Part shown: positions 1 to 8,996 of the stretch, piece by piece
Layout of the letters: each line of letters starts with the position of its first letter
Numbering within the stretch: the first letter of the stretch is position 1
NCBI GenBank assembly: GCA_021736985.1
Contig: JAIPEW010000015.1
Coordinates: 1,764 to 65,763, forward strand
Direction of reading: 5' to 3'
From: Clostridiales bacterium
GTDB taxonomy: Bacteria > Bacillota > Desulfotomaculia > Desulfotomaculales > VENG01
Length of the DNA stretch: 64,000 nt
The notes under the pieces: model-generated
What the model saw: the letters and a program-made list of their open reading frames with translations, nothing else
Told to the model about the DNA's origin: nothing
Database searches by the model: none
Position numbers and translations under genes: made by a program

Positions 1-99
1 TTTTTGTCCTTCCCTGTATTCTCCCCTTATTATTCGTGTAGCTATATCCACCGCAATGGTAACATATTTTGCTAAATATGAATTGTTGTAATCATGCAT
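1..99 (-). CDS. hypothetical protein, N-terminal 33 codons only (gene continues past the window start)
   Basis: ATG at 97-99 on the reverse strand, preceded by GGAGAAAGGA (complement of 101-110). The open frame MHDYNNSYLAKYVTIAVDIATRIIRGEYREGQK runs off the window and is too short to assign a family. Confidence 0.4.
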   Translation of the reverse strand, partial: MHDYNNSYLAKYVTIAVDIATRIIRGEYREGQK

Positions 100-123
100 T
101 TCCTTTCTCCTTTATCCTGTTTA

Positions 124-1842
124 TTATAATTGCTTCACTTTTAGATTTCTAAAACGATTTATTGCCGCCATGATTTCCTGTTTACGAGGTAAGGCCAGAT
201 CTCCAGGGTGCTGGCCGTAAAAAGATGAAATTATATCTAATTCCTTTTGCTCAATATCGTCATAAATTTTGTCAATTATACTTGATAGGGATGATTCATT
301 ATCAACATAATTTTTAACAGCATATTTGATTATCTCTGATATAGCATTAGTTTGACTGCTGTCTACTAATTGTTCCACCTGTCCAAGATCTATATTCGAA
401 CGGCCATAAATTATACTGTTTAATCCTTTTGCTTTTACTTTCCCCTTAGGAGCCAGCTGAAAACAATCACCCTGAGGCGCCCGTTCTTTAACGCCGGAAA
501 AACTATCTTTCTTCTCCCGTATACGATCATTTTTATAATGTTCTGCAATTTCTTTCGCCTCTGCGGTAACATCCCCGGGGATATAATTTTGCATTCTAAT
601 TATATGGTCAGCAACCTCAAAATAATCCCCCGAACCTCCCACTACCAATATTGTTGATACCTTCATATTGTCATACAGCTCTCTAACCCTATCTATAAAT
701 GGAGTTATAGGTTCATTTTCTTTAGCTACAAGATTTTGCATCCTGCTGTCTCTAATCATAAAATTTGTAGCACTTGTATCTTCATCAAGCAAAAGCAGCT
801 GTGTTCCACTTTCCATGGCTTCTACAATATTTGCAGCCTGAGAAGTACTACCGCTGGCATTTTCCGAAGTGAAAGCAGATGTATCATCTTTATTAGGTAA
901 ATCATCAATAAACGCACTAATATCAACTTTTATGACACTGCGTCCATCTTCAGCGCGAATTTTGGCAGCACTAGGAGCAGTTGTTACCATTTCCCTTCCA
1001 TCTCCAGGAATATGATTATATATTCCTCTTTCAATCGCCCTGAGTAAAGTAGATTTACCATGATAACCTCCGCCTACTATCAGAGTGACCCCTTCTGGTA
1101 TCCCCATACCGGTCACCAGACCCTTATTGGGCAGTTCAAATGAGCATTTTAATTCTTCAGGTGTTTGAAAGGAAATAAGCCTCTCGTCTTTTAAAGGTTT
1201 ATCACTAATACCGCTTTCCCTGGGTAAAATTGCTTCGTTACCAATAAAAGAAACAAGACCCTTTTTATGCAGCTCGTTTCTAAGAAATTGCTGGTCTTCA
1301 GCTGTTTCAACATGCCTTTTTACCTGTTTTTTATTCATGTTTTTATATATTATAGAATTCTCTATAATTTTAGGAAGTTGATCAAAAAATATATAAAGAG
1401 CTTCTTTTCCCATTATAGTCCTGCCCTTTGCCGGAAGGCCTATAACAAACCGCGCCTCTACAATATTTTTATTCACAACGGCGGAAGTACGGTCAAGTAT
1501 TTCTTGCCCGCACCTGTCTATATTTACAGCGCTGCTTGTTCCACTCCCGCCAGGTTGTTTTCCCACATGATCCCTGCATTTTCTCCCAAACTCGCGAGTT
1601 ATATAATCTTCTACTGCAGTTCTCCGCGATTTACTGCTAAACAACTCACCAGGTATTCCTGCTGTACCTTGTTTTACAGTAACGCGCATTCTGCTGGGAG
1701 GGGCAAAGGGGTCACTTTGTATATTATCAATATGTAAAATATAATTACCAAAATCGTAAGATCCCTGTATAGATTTGTAAGCACCATATCCTTTTCTATC
1801 TATACTGCGAATTTGGTTCCTTAAATCATTTTGCCCTTTCAA
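124..1842 (-). CDS. stand-alone ABC-class ATPase domain protein (uncharacterised family)
   Basis: 572-aa ORF with a Walker A-like GGGYHGKST and a Walker B-like LLLLDEDTSATN. The N-terminal region is typical of the 'predicted ATPase of the ABC class' family. Confidence 0.8.
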   Translation of the reverse strand: MKGQNDLRNQIRSIDRKGYGAYKSIQGSYDFGNYILHIDNIQSDPFAPPSRMRVTVKQGTAGIPGELFSSKSRRTAVEDYITREFGRKCRDHVGKQPGGSGTSSAVNIDRCGQEILDRTSAVVNKNIVEARFVIGLPAKGRTIMGKEALYIFFDQLPKIIENSIIYKNMNKKQVKRHVETAEDQQFLRNELHKKGLVSFIGNEAILPRESGISDKPLKDERLISFQTPEELKCSFELPNKGLVTGMGIPEGVTLIVGGGYHGKSTLLRAIERGIYNHIPGDGREMVTTAPSAAKIRAEDGRSVIKVDISAFIDDLPNKDDTSAFTSENASGSTSQAANIVEAMESGTQLLLLDEDTSATNFMIRDSRMQNLVAKENEPITPFIDRVRELYDNMKVSTILVVGGSGDYFEVADHIIRMQNYIPGDVTAEAKEIAEHYKNDRIREKKDSFSGVKERAPQGDCFQLAPKGKVKAKGLNSIIYGRSNIDLGQVEQLVDSSQTNAISEIIKYAVKNYVDNESSLSSIIDKIYDDIEQKELDIISSFYGQHPGDLALPRKQEIMAAINRFRNLKVKQL

Positions 1843-1927
1843 AAAAGTCCCTCCTGTACATGTCCATATATTAAGAAATTTTTCATAACAACTGTATAAA
1901 GCATTTCCAAGTTATGCATTAAAATAT

Positions 1928-2596
1928 TTAGCTCCTGCAAGCTTGCAAAGCATTATTGCGAATAGTTTTAATTGCTTCAGCTTGATCGTGCGCTTTAAAT
2001 ATTGCAGATCCTGCTACCAGTACCCGGGCCCCTGCTGCAGCAGCGGCAGAAGCAGTGTCCTGGTTAATTCCACCATCTACTTCTATTTCCGCGTCTGATT
2101 CTATATTTTTTAACATATTTTTTGCAGCAGATATTTTGCGGACCATTTCTTCTATAAAGATTTGCCCCCCAAAACCCGGGTTAACTGTCATGATTAATAG
2201 GAGGTCTACCAACGGCAAAACATATTCTACTGCTGACAGAGAAGTAGCAGGATTTAAAGCCAGTCCGGCTTTAATTCCTTTTTCCTCTATACGTGCTAAC
2301 ACTCTATGTAAATGATTGCATGTTTCTGCATGTACCGTTATAATATCAGCCCCTGCACTGGCAAATTCATCAATATACAAATCCGGGTTTTCAATCATAA
2401 GATGAACATCAAAAATAAGCCGGGAATGCTTTCTAATATCCTTTATAACCAGCGGTCCAGCAGTAATATTAGGGACAAAATGCCCATCCATTACATCAAT
2501 GTGCAGGTAATCAGCGCCTGCATTTTCCACTTTCTGTATTTCCCCGGCAAGCATAGAAAAATCAGCAGATAGTATAGATGGTGCGATCTTAATCAG
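1928..2596 (-). CDS. rpe: ribulose-phosphate 3-epimerase
   Basis: Contains HIDVMDGHFVPN, VHLM and VNPGFGGQ motifs. The ORF-track ATG (2554) would delete the conserved IAPSILSADF first strand. The frame is open only back to CTG 2596 / ATT 2593, directly after an AAGGAG RBS, so the start is extended to a non-ATG codon. Confidence 0.85.
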   Translation of the reverse strand: MIKIAPSILSADFSMLAGEIQKVENAGADYLHIDVMDGHFVPNITAGPLVIKDIRKHSRLIFDVHLMIENPDLYIDEFASAGADIITVHAETCNHLHRVLARIEEKGIKAGLALNPATSLSAVEYVLPLVDLLLIMTVNPGFGGQIFIEEMVRKISAAKNMLKNIESDAEIEVDGGINQDTASAAAAAGARVLVAGSAIFKAHDQAEAIKTIRNNALQACRS

Positions 2597-2599
2597 TCA

Positions 2600-3469
2600 T
2601 CATCTCCTTTTATTTTTTAATTCTTCCAGTATCATTATATAACTTTTATAACGCGCAGAAGTAATTTTATTTTCCTCTACCGCCTCCTTTACCCCGCATC
2701 CAGGTTCTTTATAATGTAAACAGCTGTTAAAACGGCAGTAATCAGCATATTTTTGAAACTCAGGATAATAGTCTGCCAGGTTATAGATTGTAATACCGGC
2801 AGGCAAAAAAAGGTTCGAAAACCCGGGGGTGTCTGCTACCATACCATTATTATCCAGCTTTAAAAGTTCCACATGACGCGTGGTATGCCTGCCCTTTTTT
2901 AACTTACTGCTTAATTCTCCTGTTTTTAAAGAAAAGCCGGGTTGTATTGCATTTAACATGCTTGATTTGCCAACCCCGGAAGGACCGGCAAAAACAGATA
3001 ATTTATTTTTTAACAGGCTACAGACTTTTTCAACTCCTGTACCAGATGCTGCACTTACATTTATTACAGTATAACCAGCTTCTTTATATATACTTGAATA
3101 CTCCTCATAATCTTTTAAATCAACTTTATTAAAGCAAATTACAGAGTCAACACCTGCTGCCCGGGCTTGCAGCAAAAAACGATCCAGCAGATAAAGATTT
3201 GGTTCGGGCTGAACAACGCTAAAAATTATTACTACCATATCAATGTTTGCTACTGGCGGCCTTAGCAAATACACCCGCCGGGGCTCTAAGGATTCTATAA
3301 CCCCGGTGTCTTTATCCTCTACTGTTAGATTAACCTTGTCTCCTATTAAAACGTGTTCCTTTTTTAAGTTAAGCCTTCCTCTTAAGGTGCACTTATATTT
3401 AACCTGTCCGGTATCTACAAAATAATAACCGCCGTAGGCTTTATAGACTATCCCCTGTACCATGCTCAC
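2600..3469 (-). CDS. rsgA: ribosome small-subunit biogenesis GTPase RsgA
   Basis: Circularly permuted GTPase motifs (NKVDL ... GPSGVGKSS) and a C-terminal zinc-finger cysteine cluster. Sits in the same position as B. subtilis cpgA. Confidence 0.93.
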   Translation of the reverse strand: MSMVQGIVYKAYGGYYFVDTGQVKYKCTLRGRLNLKKEHVLIGDKVNLTVEDKDTGVIESLEPRRVYLLRPPVANIDMVVIIFSVVQPEPNLYLLDRFLLQARAAGVDSVICFNKVDLKDYEEYSSIYKEAGYTVINVSAASGTGVEKVCSLLKNKLSVFAGPSGVGKSSMLNAIQPGFSLKTGELSSKLKKGRHTTRHVELLKLDNNGMVADTPGFSNLFLPAGITIYNLADYYPEFQKYADYCRFNSCLHYKEPGCGVKEAVEENKITSARYKSYIMILEELKNKRR

Positions 3470-3473
3470 CTCT

Positions 3474-5315
3474 TCAGCTTACATTTTTAGAAACTTCTAA
3501 CTGTCCATCAATATATACTTCTATTTTTGCACTTCCCCGGTACTTAATATTCTTTTCAATTTTATCACCATGGGAATGTGAATTAGCATATACAATACGA
3601 TTGCCGTCAACATCATTTACTTTTATTCTTACCTCGTGCTGCTCCCCGTCGTCTGGTATTAAACTTTCATTTATTTTCACCCTGGACTCCTGGATATCTG
3701 GCCCGGGACCGCTGCTCAAATAAACTTTAACTTTTGAACTTTTCTCGATTTTATCTCCGGGCCCGGGAATCTGGCGGCTAACTCTTCCTTTAGGATACTG
3801 TTTACTGCTTTCCCAGAAAATTGAGAACTCCAATTTCTGGCTGCGTAAGGTCTCCAGGGCTTCTTCTTTGTCTTTACCTATTAGATCAGGAATTTTCATC
3901 GTTTCAGTCTCGGGGCCCTTGCTTAATGTAATCTTAACCTTGCTTCCCCTTTCTATTGACGCGCCCTTACCTGGAGATTGCTTAATTACATGTCCCTCTT
4001 CTACCTTATCGCTGTATTTTTTATTTATAGAGACACTTAATACCAGGCCTTCTCTCAACAAAGCCGCCGCAGCACTAGCCTGAGTCTTGCCAATCAAATC
4101 CGGAACTGTTCTCATATCCGGGCCTTTACTTACAGTAAGTTCAATATCACGCCCCGGCTTTACAGTATAGTTATCGGGACCAATATTCTGATATATAACA
4201 ATATTTTCCTCTTTTTCAGAATATATTTTTTCTACAACCTTTGCTTTTAAGCCCTTCTCTTCTAACTCAGAACGAGCCTTTTCCAGCGTCATATCTACAA
4301 CATTGGGAACTTCAATATTGGGCGTGTTCATATATTTATTGAAAGCATATATCCCGGATCCCGCTAATATAATAAATACCATCAAGATACCTGCTATTAT
4401 AAACAAGCGATTTGTTTTTTTCTTTTTTTCTCCGCTCACAGTATATACCACCTGGTTATTATCAAATATTAAATCATCATCTTTTTCTTGCTTTCCAGTA
4501 GATACCTTTAAAACCTCAACCATTTCCCCGGCACTTTTAAACCTGTTCTCTTGATTTTTATCCAGTGCCTTATGTACAGCTGCAGCAAGCCTACCGGGAA
4601 TACCGGGCACTGCTTCACCTACAGGAGCTGCAGTTTCATGAATATGCTTCATAGCTACCCCTATAGGAGTATCACCTTCAAAAGGCCGTGTTCCGGTAAG
4701 CATCTCATATATAACTACTCCCAGTGAATATATGTCAGAAGCAGGTCCGGCCAATTCCCCCCGGGCTTGCTCAGGACTCAGGTAATATACCGAACCCATA
4801 ACATTATCTCCATAAGTTAATGTAGTAGCTGAAACTTCTTTTGCTATACCGAAATCTGTCAACTTAGCCCTACCATCAATTGTTACCAGGATATTGTGCG
4901 GTTTGACATCACGGTGTATAATATTGTTTTCGTGAGCATGTCTAAGAGCTTCACATACCTGGCTGGCGAGATCAATTACTCGCTCCGGGGACATAGGAGC
5001 ATCTTTATTTATTATATTTTTTAAATTTTCACCTTCTATGTATTCCATTACTAGATAATGAATATCACCATCGGTACCTACATCATATATGTTAACAATA
5101 TGAGGATGAGACAAACGAGCAACTGATTGAGCCTCTTTTCGAAAACGGCTTATAAAAGAATCATCACTTGCATATTCTGAGCGAAGTATTTTTATCGTAA
5201 CCGTGCGGTCGAGATACTTATCTCTCGCCTTGTATACAACGGCCATTCCTCCCCCGCCCAATTTATGTAACAATTCATACCTGTTTCCTAGTGTTTCACC
5301 GGTCATTATTTTCAC
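3474..5315 (-). CDS. prkC: Ser/Thr protein kinase with TM segment and PASTA repeats
   Basis: Hanks kinase motifs (GGGGMAVVYKA, HRDVKPHNIL, DFG), a central TM helix, and three PASTA-like repeats plus a C-terminal beta-rich domain. Confidence 0.93.
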   Translation of the reverse strand: MKIMTGETLGNRYELLHKLGGGGMAVVYKARDKYLDRTVTIKILRSEYASDDSFISRFRKEAQSVARLSHPHIVNIYDVGTDGDIHYLVMEYIEGENLKNIINKDAPMSPERVIDLASQVCEALRHAHENNIIHRDVKPHNILVTIDGRAKLTDFGIAKEVSATTLTYGDNVMGSVYYLSPEQARGELAGPASDIYSLGVVIYEMLTGTRPFEGDTPIGVAMKHIHETAAPVGEAVPGIPGRLAAAVHKALDKNQENRFKSAGEMVEVLKVSTGKQEKDDDLIFDNNQVVYTVSGEKKKKTNRLFIIAGILMVFIILAGSGIYAFNKYMNTPNIEVPNVVDMTLEKARSELEEKGLKAKVVEKIYSEKEENIVIYQNIGPDNYTVKPGRDIELTVSKGPDMRTVPDLIGKTQASAAAALLREGLVLSVSINKKYSDKVEEGHVIKQSPGKGASIERGSKVKITLSKGPETETMKIPDLIGKDKEEALETLRSQKLEFSIFWESSKQYPKGRVSRQIPGPGDKIEKSSKVKVYLSSGPGPDIQESRVKINESLIPDDGEQHEVRIKVNDVDGNRIVYANSHSHGDKIEKNIKYRGSAKIEVYIDGQLEVSKNVS

Positions 5316-5442
5316 CTCGTGACAGGTAATATACTATCTGCAAACGTTATCTCACAATTAAGCATAAATAATGAACTAACACCCGCATCAAAATAGTGCT
5401 AGTCTCTCGGAGAGTAATAAAATAGTTCCATATTTAAAAAGC

Positions 5443-5550
5443 TTAATACTTTACATGAGAAAGGTAATTGGACACCAGACTGGTCCCTAAAATAACAACA
5501 GCCAATCCGGTTAATATTAAATAGGCCAGGCGAAGTATATATTTATTCAC
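5443..5550 (-). CDS. possible 35-aa single-pass membrane peptide
   Basis: GTG start overlaps the SEDS gene stop (TGTGAATAA) and lies 5 nt after AGGTGA. Product VNKYILRLAYLILTGLAVVILGTSLVSNYLSHVKY is hydrophobic. No homology support is available. Confidence 0.25.
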   Translation of the reverse strand: MNKYILRLAYLILTGLAVVILGTSLVSNYLSHVKY

Positions 5551-6823
5551 AAAAATCACCTGTTCGATGGGATATATTCATAAGTATCCCTATTAATAAG
5601 AAATTAGCAACCAGTGAACTACCGCCATAACTTATAAAAGGCAGCGTAACTCCTGTCAGAGGTAGTATTTTTATTACACCGGCTAGTATAACAATTGCCT
5701 GGATTCCCCATGCTGCAGTTATACCTGCAGCAAGAATGGTAAAAAACCTATCTTTAGAATTTAAAGCAATACTAAATCCCCTGTAAAACAAGATCATGTA
5801 CAAAAATACTACTCCTGCTCCCCCGGCAAGCCCCATTTCTTCACAAATAGCTGCATAAATAAAATCAGTATGTACAGCAGGAATAGAACCCGGGCTACCT
5901 GCACCCAGGCCGCTGCCAAATAATCCACCATTACTTATGGCAGATAAAGACTGTATAATTTGATAAGAAGAATCTTTTATTAAATTAGCTTGAAAGGGAT
6001 TTAACCAGATTTCCACGCGTGTGCTCACGCGCGGAAAAAAAATGTAACTGATTATCCCGGCAAGCAAAAATAAAACAGTTTCTCCTGCAATATAAGTCCA
6101 TTTTCCAGTAACTATATAAAACAATGCCCCTATAACTGCAAAATATATGACAGCCATTCCCAGGTCTTTTTGCAAAACTAATAGTCCAGGGAAAAGAAGC
6201 CATCCCCCCAGAAAAAGCATGTCGTCAATATTATTACTTTGTATTTTATTCTTTTGATTCAGTTCACCCTTCTCTGCAAAATAAGCTGCCCCAAATACTA
6301 TTAATAAAATTTTCACAAATTCTGACGGCTGCAGATAAAAGTGACCCAGATTCAGCCAGCTGCGTGCACCACCTATCTCAACGCCAAAAATTAAAGGTAA
6401 TAATAGACTTATAATTCCTACAGCAATAAAATAGTACTTGTATATAAAAATAAATTGATAATTTCTAATGCTAATCATTAAAATAACTGCAGCAAGTCCT
6501 ATTGCTGTCCAGGCTAACTGGTGAATACCGTAATAAATATTTAACCTGAATAAAAGTACCAGACCAGTACTTGAAAGCATAAATAACAGGGGCAACAGTA
6601 ATGGGTCGGGATAACCCCCCCGTAGTTGTTTTACAAAATATATTAAAAAAAAACCTGCGGGCATAATCATGGTTGCCGAAAAAAAACCCCAGCCCATTTC
6701 CGGAGTTAACAAAAAAATTGTAAACAATCCAGTAAACAAGTAAGCAGTTGCTAATATTAAAAGCCAGAATTCTAATTTGGGATTTTGCCCAGCACAGCAT
6801 GGCCCGGCCATATTATTCCACAC
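5543..6823 (-). CDS. SEDS-family peptidoglycan glycosyltransferase (FtsW/RodA/SpoVE)
   Basis: Polytopic membrane protein with SEDS signatures (GARSWLNLG.FYLQPSEF, PAVHTDFIYA, LPLTGVTLPFISYGGSS). Confidence 0.9.
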   Translation of the reverse strand: MWNNMAGPCCAGQNPKLEFWLLILATAYLFTGLFTIFLLTPEMGWGFFSATMIMPAGFFLIYFVKQLRGGYPDPLLLPLLFMLSSTGLVLLFRLNIYYGIHQLAWTAIGLAAVILMISIRNYQFIFIYKYYFIAVGIISLLLPLIFGVEIGGARSWLNLGHFYLQPSEFVKILLIVFGAAYFAEKGELNQKNKIQSNNIDDMLFLGGWLLFPGLLVLQKDLGMAVIYFAVIGALFYIVTGKWTYIAGETVLFLLAGIISYIFFPRVSTRVEIWLNPFQANLIKDSSYQIIQSLSAISNGGLFGSGLGAGSPGSIPAVHTDFIYAAICEEMGLAGGAGVVFLYMILFYRGFSIALNSKDRFFTILAAGITAAWGIQAIVILAGVIKILPLTGVTLPFISYGGSSLVANFLLIGILMNISHRTGDFCE

Positions 6824-7526
6824 CCAACACTATTAATGTAATATTGTCGCTTCCCCCGCGTTTTAGAGTTTCTTCTTGCAGAATCTCAACAGCATCACCC
6901 GGTTCATATTCCATAACTACCTGAAGTATCTCTTCACCCGGGACATGTTCTGTCAACCCGTCAGTACACAGTAATATTAAATCACCAGTACAAATATTAT
7001 ATTTAAATATATCTACTTCAAGCTGAGAAGAAGTTCCTACTGCCCTGGTAAGAACATTTCTCTGTTGATGTGACCTTGCTTCCAAAGATGTAATCTGTTT
7101 TTTACGTATTAACTCCTCTACCAAAGAGTGATCTTCCGTTAACCTGTAAATAGAAGAATCTCGTACCAGATAACACCGGCTGTCACCTACATTACCCACA
7201 GTCAACTCTTCCCCGCGAAAAATACAGGCACTAATAGTAGTACCCATGCCGTTGTAATTTTTATTGCTGTATCCCATATCATAGATTAATCTATTTGCTT
7301 TTAATATACTTAATTTCAAGATTGCACCTGGATCTTCTTTATCCAGGTCAGCTACTTCTAAGTCAGATTCAATACATTTAATCGCTTCATAACTTGCCAC
7401 TTCCCCAGCATTATGTCCTCCCATACCATCTGCAACTGCAAAAAAATTTAAGTCAGGGCGCATACAATAATAATCTTCATTTAAATTTCTTACTTTACCT
7501 ACATTAGTCACATGACTGCATTTCAT
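6813..7526 (-). CDS. prpC: PP2C-family Ser/Thr phosphatase
   Basis: Contains VADGMGGH, GMGTT, DGLT and SDNIT motifs. Overlaps the SEDS gene start and lies upstream of prkC. Confidence 0.92.
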   Translation of the reverse strand: MKCSHVTNVGKVRNLNEDYYCMRPDLNFFAVADGMGGHNAGEVASYEAIKCIESDLEVADLDKEDPGAILKLSILKANRLIYDMGYSNKNYNGMGTTISACIFRGEELTVGNVGDSRCYLVRDSSIYRLTEDHSLVEELIRKKQITSLEARSHQQRNVLTRAVGTSSQLEVDIFKYNICTGDLILLCTDGLTEHVPGEEILQVVMEYEPGDAVEILQEETLKRGGSDNITLIVLGVE

Positions 7527-7875
7527 GCCCCCACCTCACAAAAGCAAAATAAGCATTACCTATTTGCAAATAGTCCCCTTCTCTTAATAATTCAGGTTTT
7601 CTTACCAGGAAATTATTCAAATATAACTCCCCACTGCCGGATAAATCATCTATCCAGTAACAACCCTCCCTAAAAAATATAGAAGCACAACAATTGGCAT
7701 TCCCCGAGCTTAATGTTATAGTCATTTCCCTGCTCGCTTCGCTTAAATCAAGGGCAGTAATCTTATTATGATTCTTTTTACTTGACTGATGTTGTAATGA
7801 AAAAAACATTTTATACAGCGCAAAAAATAAAAATAAATACAGCATTATTAAAAATAAATATCTCAAAAAATGCAA
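7504..7875 (-). CDS. membrane-anchored FHA-domain protein
   Basis: N-terminal TM helix. The C-terminus matches the FHA pattern (ASIFFREG.YWIDDLSGSGELYLNN....LREGDYLQIGN..F.F). The start is uncertain: TTG 7875 lies after AAGGTGG, with GTG 7887 and ATG 7929 as alternatives. Confidence 0.7.
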   Translation of the reverse strand: MHFLRYLFLIMLYLFLFFALYKMFFSLQHQSSKKNHNKITALDLSEASREMTITLSSGNANCCASIFFREGCYWIDDLSGSGELYLNNFLVRKPELLREGDYLQIGNAYFAFVRWGHEMQSCD

Positions 7876-7889
7876 GATAAATTCCACCT

Positions 7890-8957
7890 TTAACGGCGGG
7901 TTAGTATACGCCGTCGAAGCTGCCCGCATGCAGCATCAATATCTGCTCCCAATTCTCTGCGCACTGTAACATTAATGTTCCTAGCCGTTAAAATATTTTT
8001 AAATTCCTCTATCCTGTTTTTAGGACTTTTTCTCACTCCCAGTTCGGGCACTTCATTTGCAGGAATTAAATTAACCAGGCAAAAAATGTTTTTTAGCTTA
8101 TGGGCTAATTCTCTGGCGTGTTCAGGCGCATCGTTAATATCATTTATTAGCGCATACTCAAAAGTTATTCGACGCTTGCTTCTTTCAGCATATTCCCGGC
8201 AGACCGGCAGTAAAACTGCAAGCGGGTACCTGTTATTTACGGGCATTAATGAATTTCTTATGTTATCATAAGCAGCATGGAGCGAAACCGCAAGTGTAAT
8301 AGAGAACCCCTCGCTGCACAATTTTCTAATCTGTGGAACTAACCCGCAAGTAGATAACGTTATACTCCTCTGGCTGATATTTAATCCCTGCTCTGAAGTT
8401 ATTCTGCTTATAAATTTAATTGTATTATCGTAATTGTCCAGCGGCTCACCGGAACCCATTAATACTACATTACTGATTCTCTCTCCTGTATCGTTTTGCA
8501 CAGCTATTACTTGTTCATATATTTCATAAGATTTTAAATCTCTTATCCAACCTTCCATACCCGATGCACATAAAGTGCATCCCATTTTACAACCTACTTG
8601 GGTAGAAACACATGCGGTCCTTCCGTGCTTATAAAGCATAAGCACACTCTCTACGGCATTACCGTCCTCCAACTCAAAAAGGTATTTCTTTGTGCCATCA
8701 TTTCTAGATACCTGCTTTTTAATTATTTTTAGATTGCCGGGATAACCTATTTCGTCCAACCTTGTACGTAAATCTAATGGCAAATCCGTCATTTCATGGA
8801 ACGAAGAAACACCTTTTTGAAACATCCATGTTGCAATTTGCCTGGATCTGAATTTTTTCTCTCCCATTTTCAGCATAATATCTTGAAGCTGGGATAAAGT
8901 TAATTCTTTAAAGCATATTTTCTTATCTAATGTTTTAAAATCCTGCTTATATTCCAT
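7890..8957 (-). CDS. rlmN: 23S rRNA/tRNA A2503 methyltransferase (radical SAM)
   Basis: Radical-SAM CxxxCxxC (GCKMGCTLCASG) and conserved RlmN C-terminal motifs (DIDAACGQL). Confidence 0.93.
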   Translation of the reverse strand: MEYKQDFKTLDKKICFKELTLSQLQDIMLKMGEKKFRSRQIATWMFQKGVSSFHEMTDLPLDLRTRLDEIGYPGNLKIIKKQVSRNDGTKKYLFELEDGNAVESVLMLYKHGRTACVSTQVGCKMGCTLCASGMEGWIRDLKSYEIYEQVIAVQNDTGERISNVVLMGSGEPLDNYDNTIKFISRITSEQGLNISQRSITLSTCGLVPQIRKLCSEGFSITLAVSLHAAYDNIRNSLMPVNNRYPLAVLLPVCREYAERSKRRITFEYALINDINDAPEHARELAHKLKNIFCLVNLIPANEVPELGVRKSPKNRIEEFKNILTARNINVTVRRELGADIDAACGQLRRRILTRR

Positions 8958-8996
8958 AATACTCTAACCTTTATCATATATTTTAGTCTAAAAATA

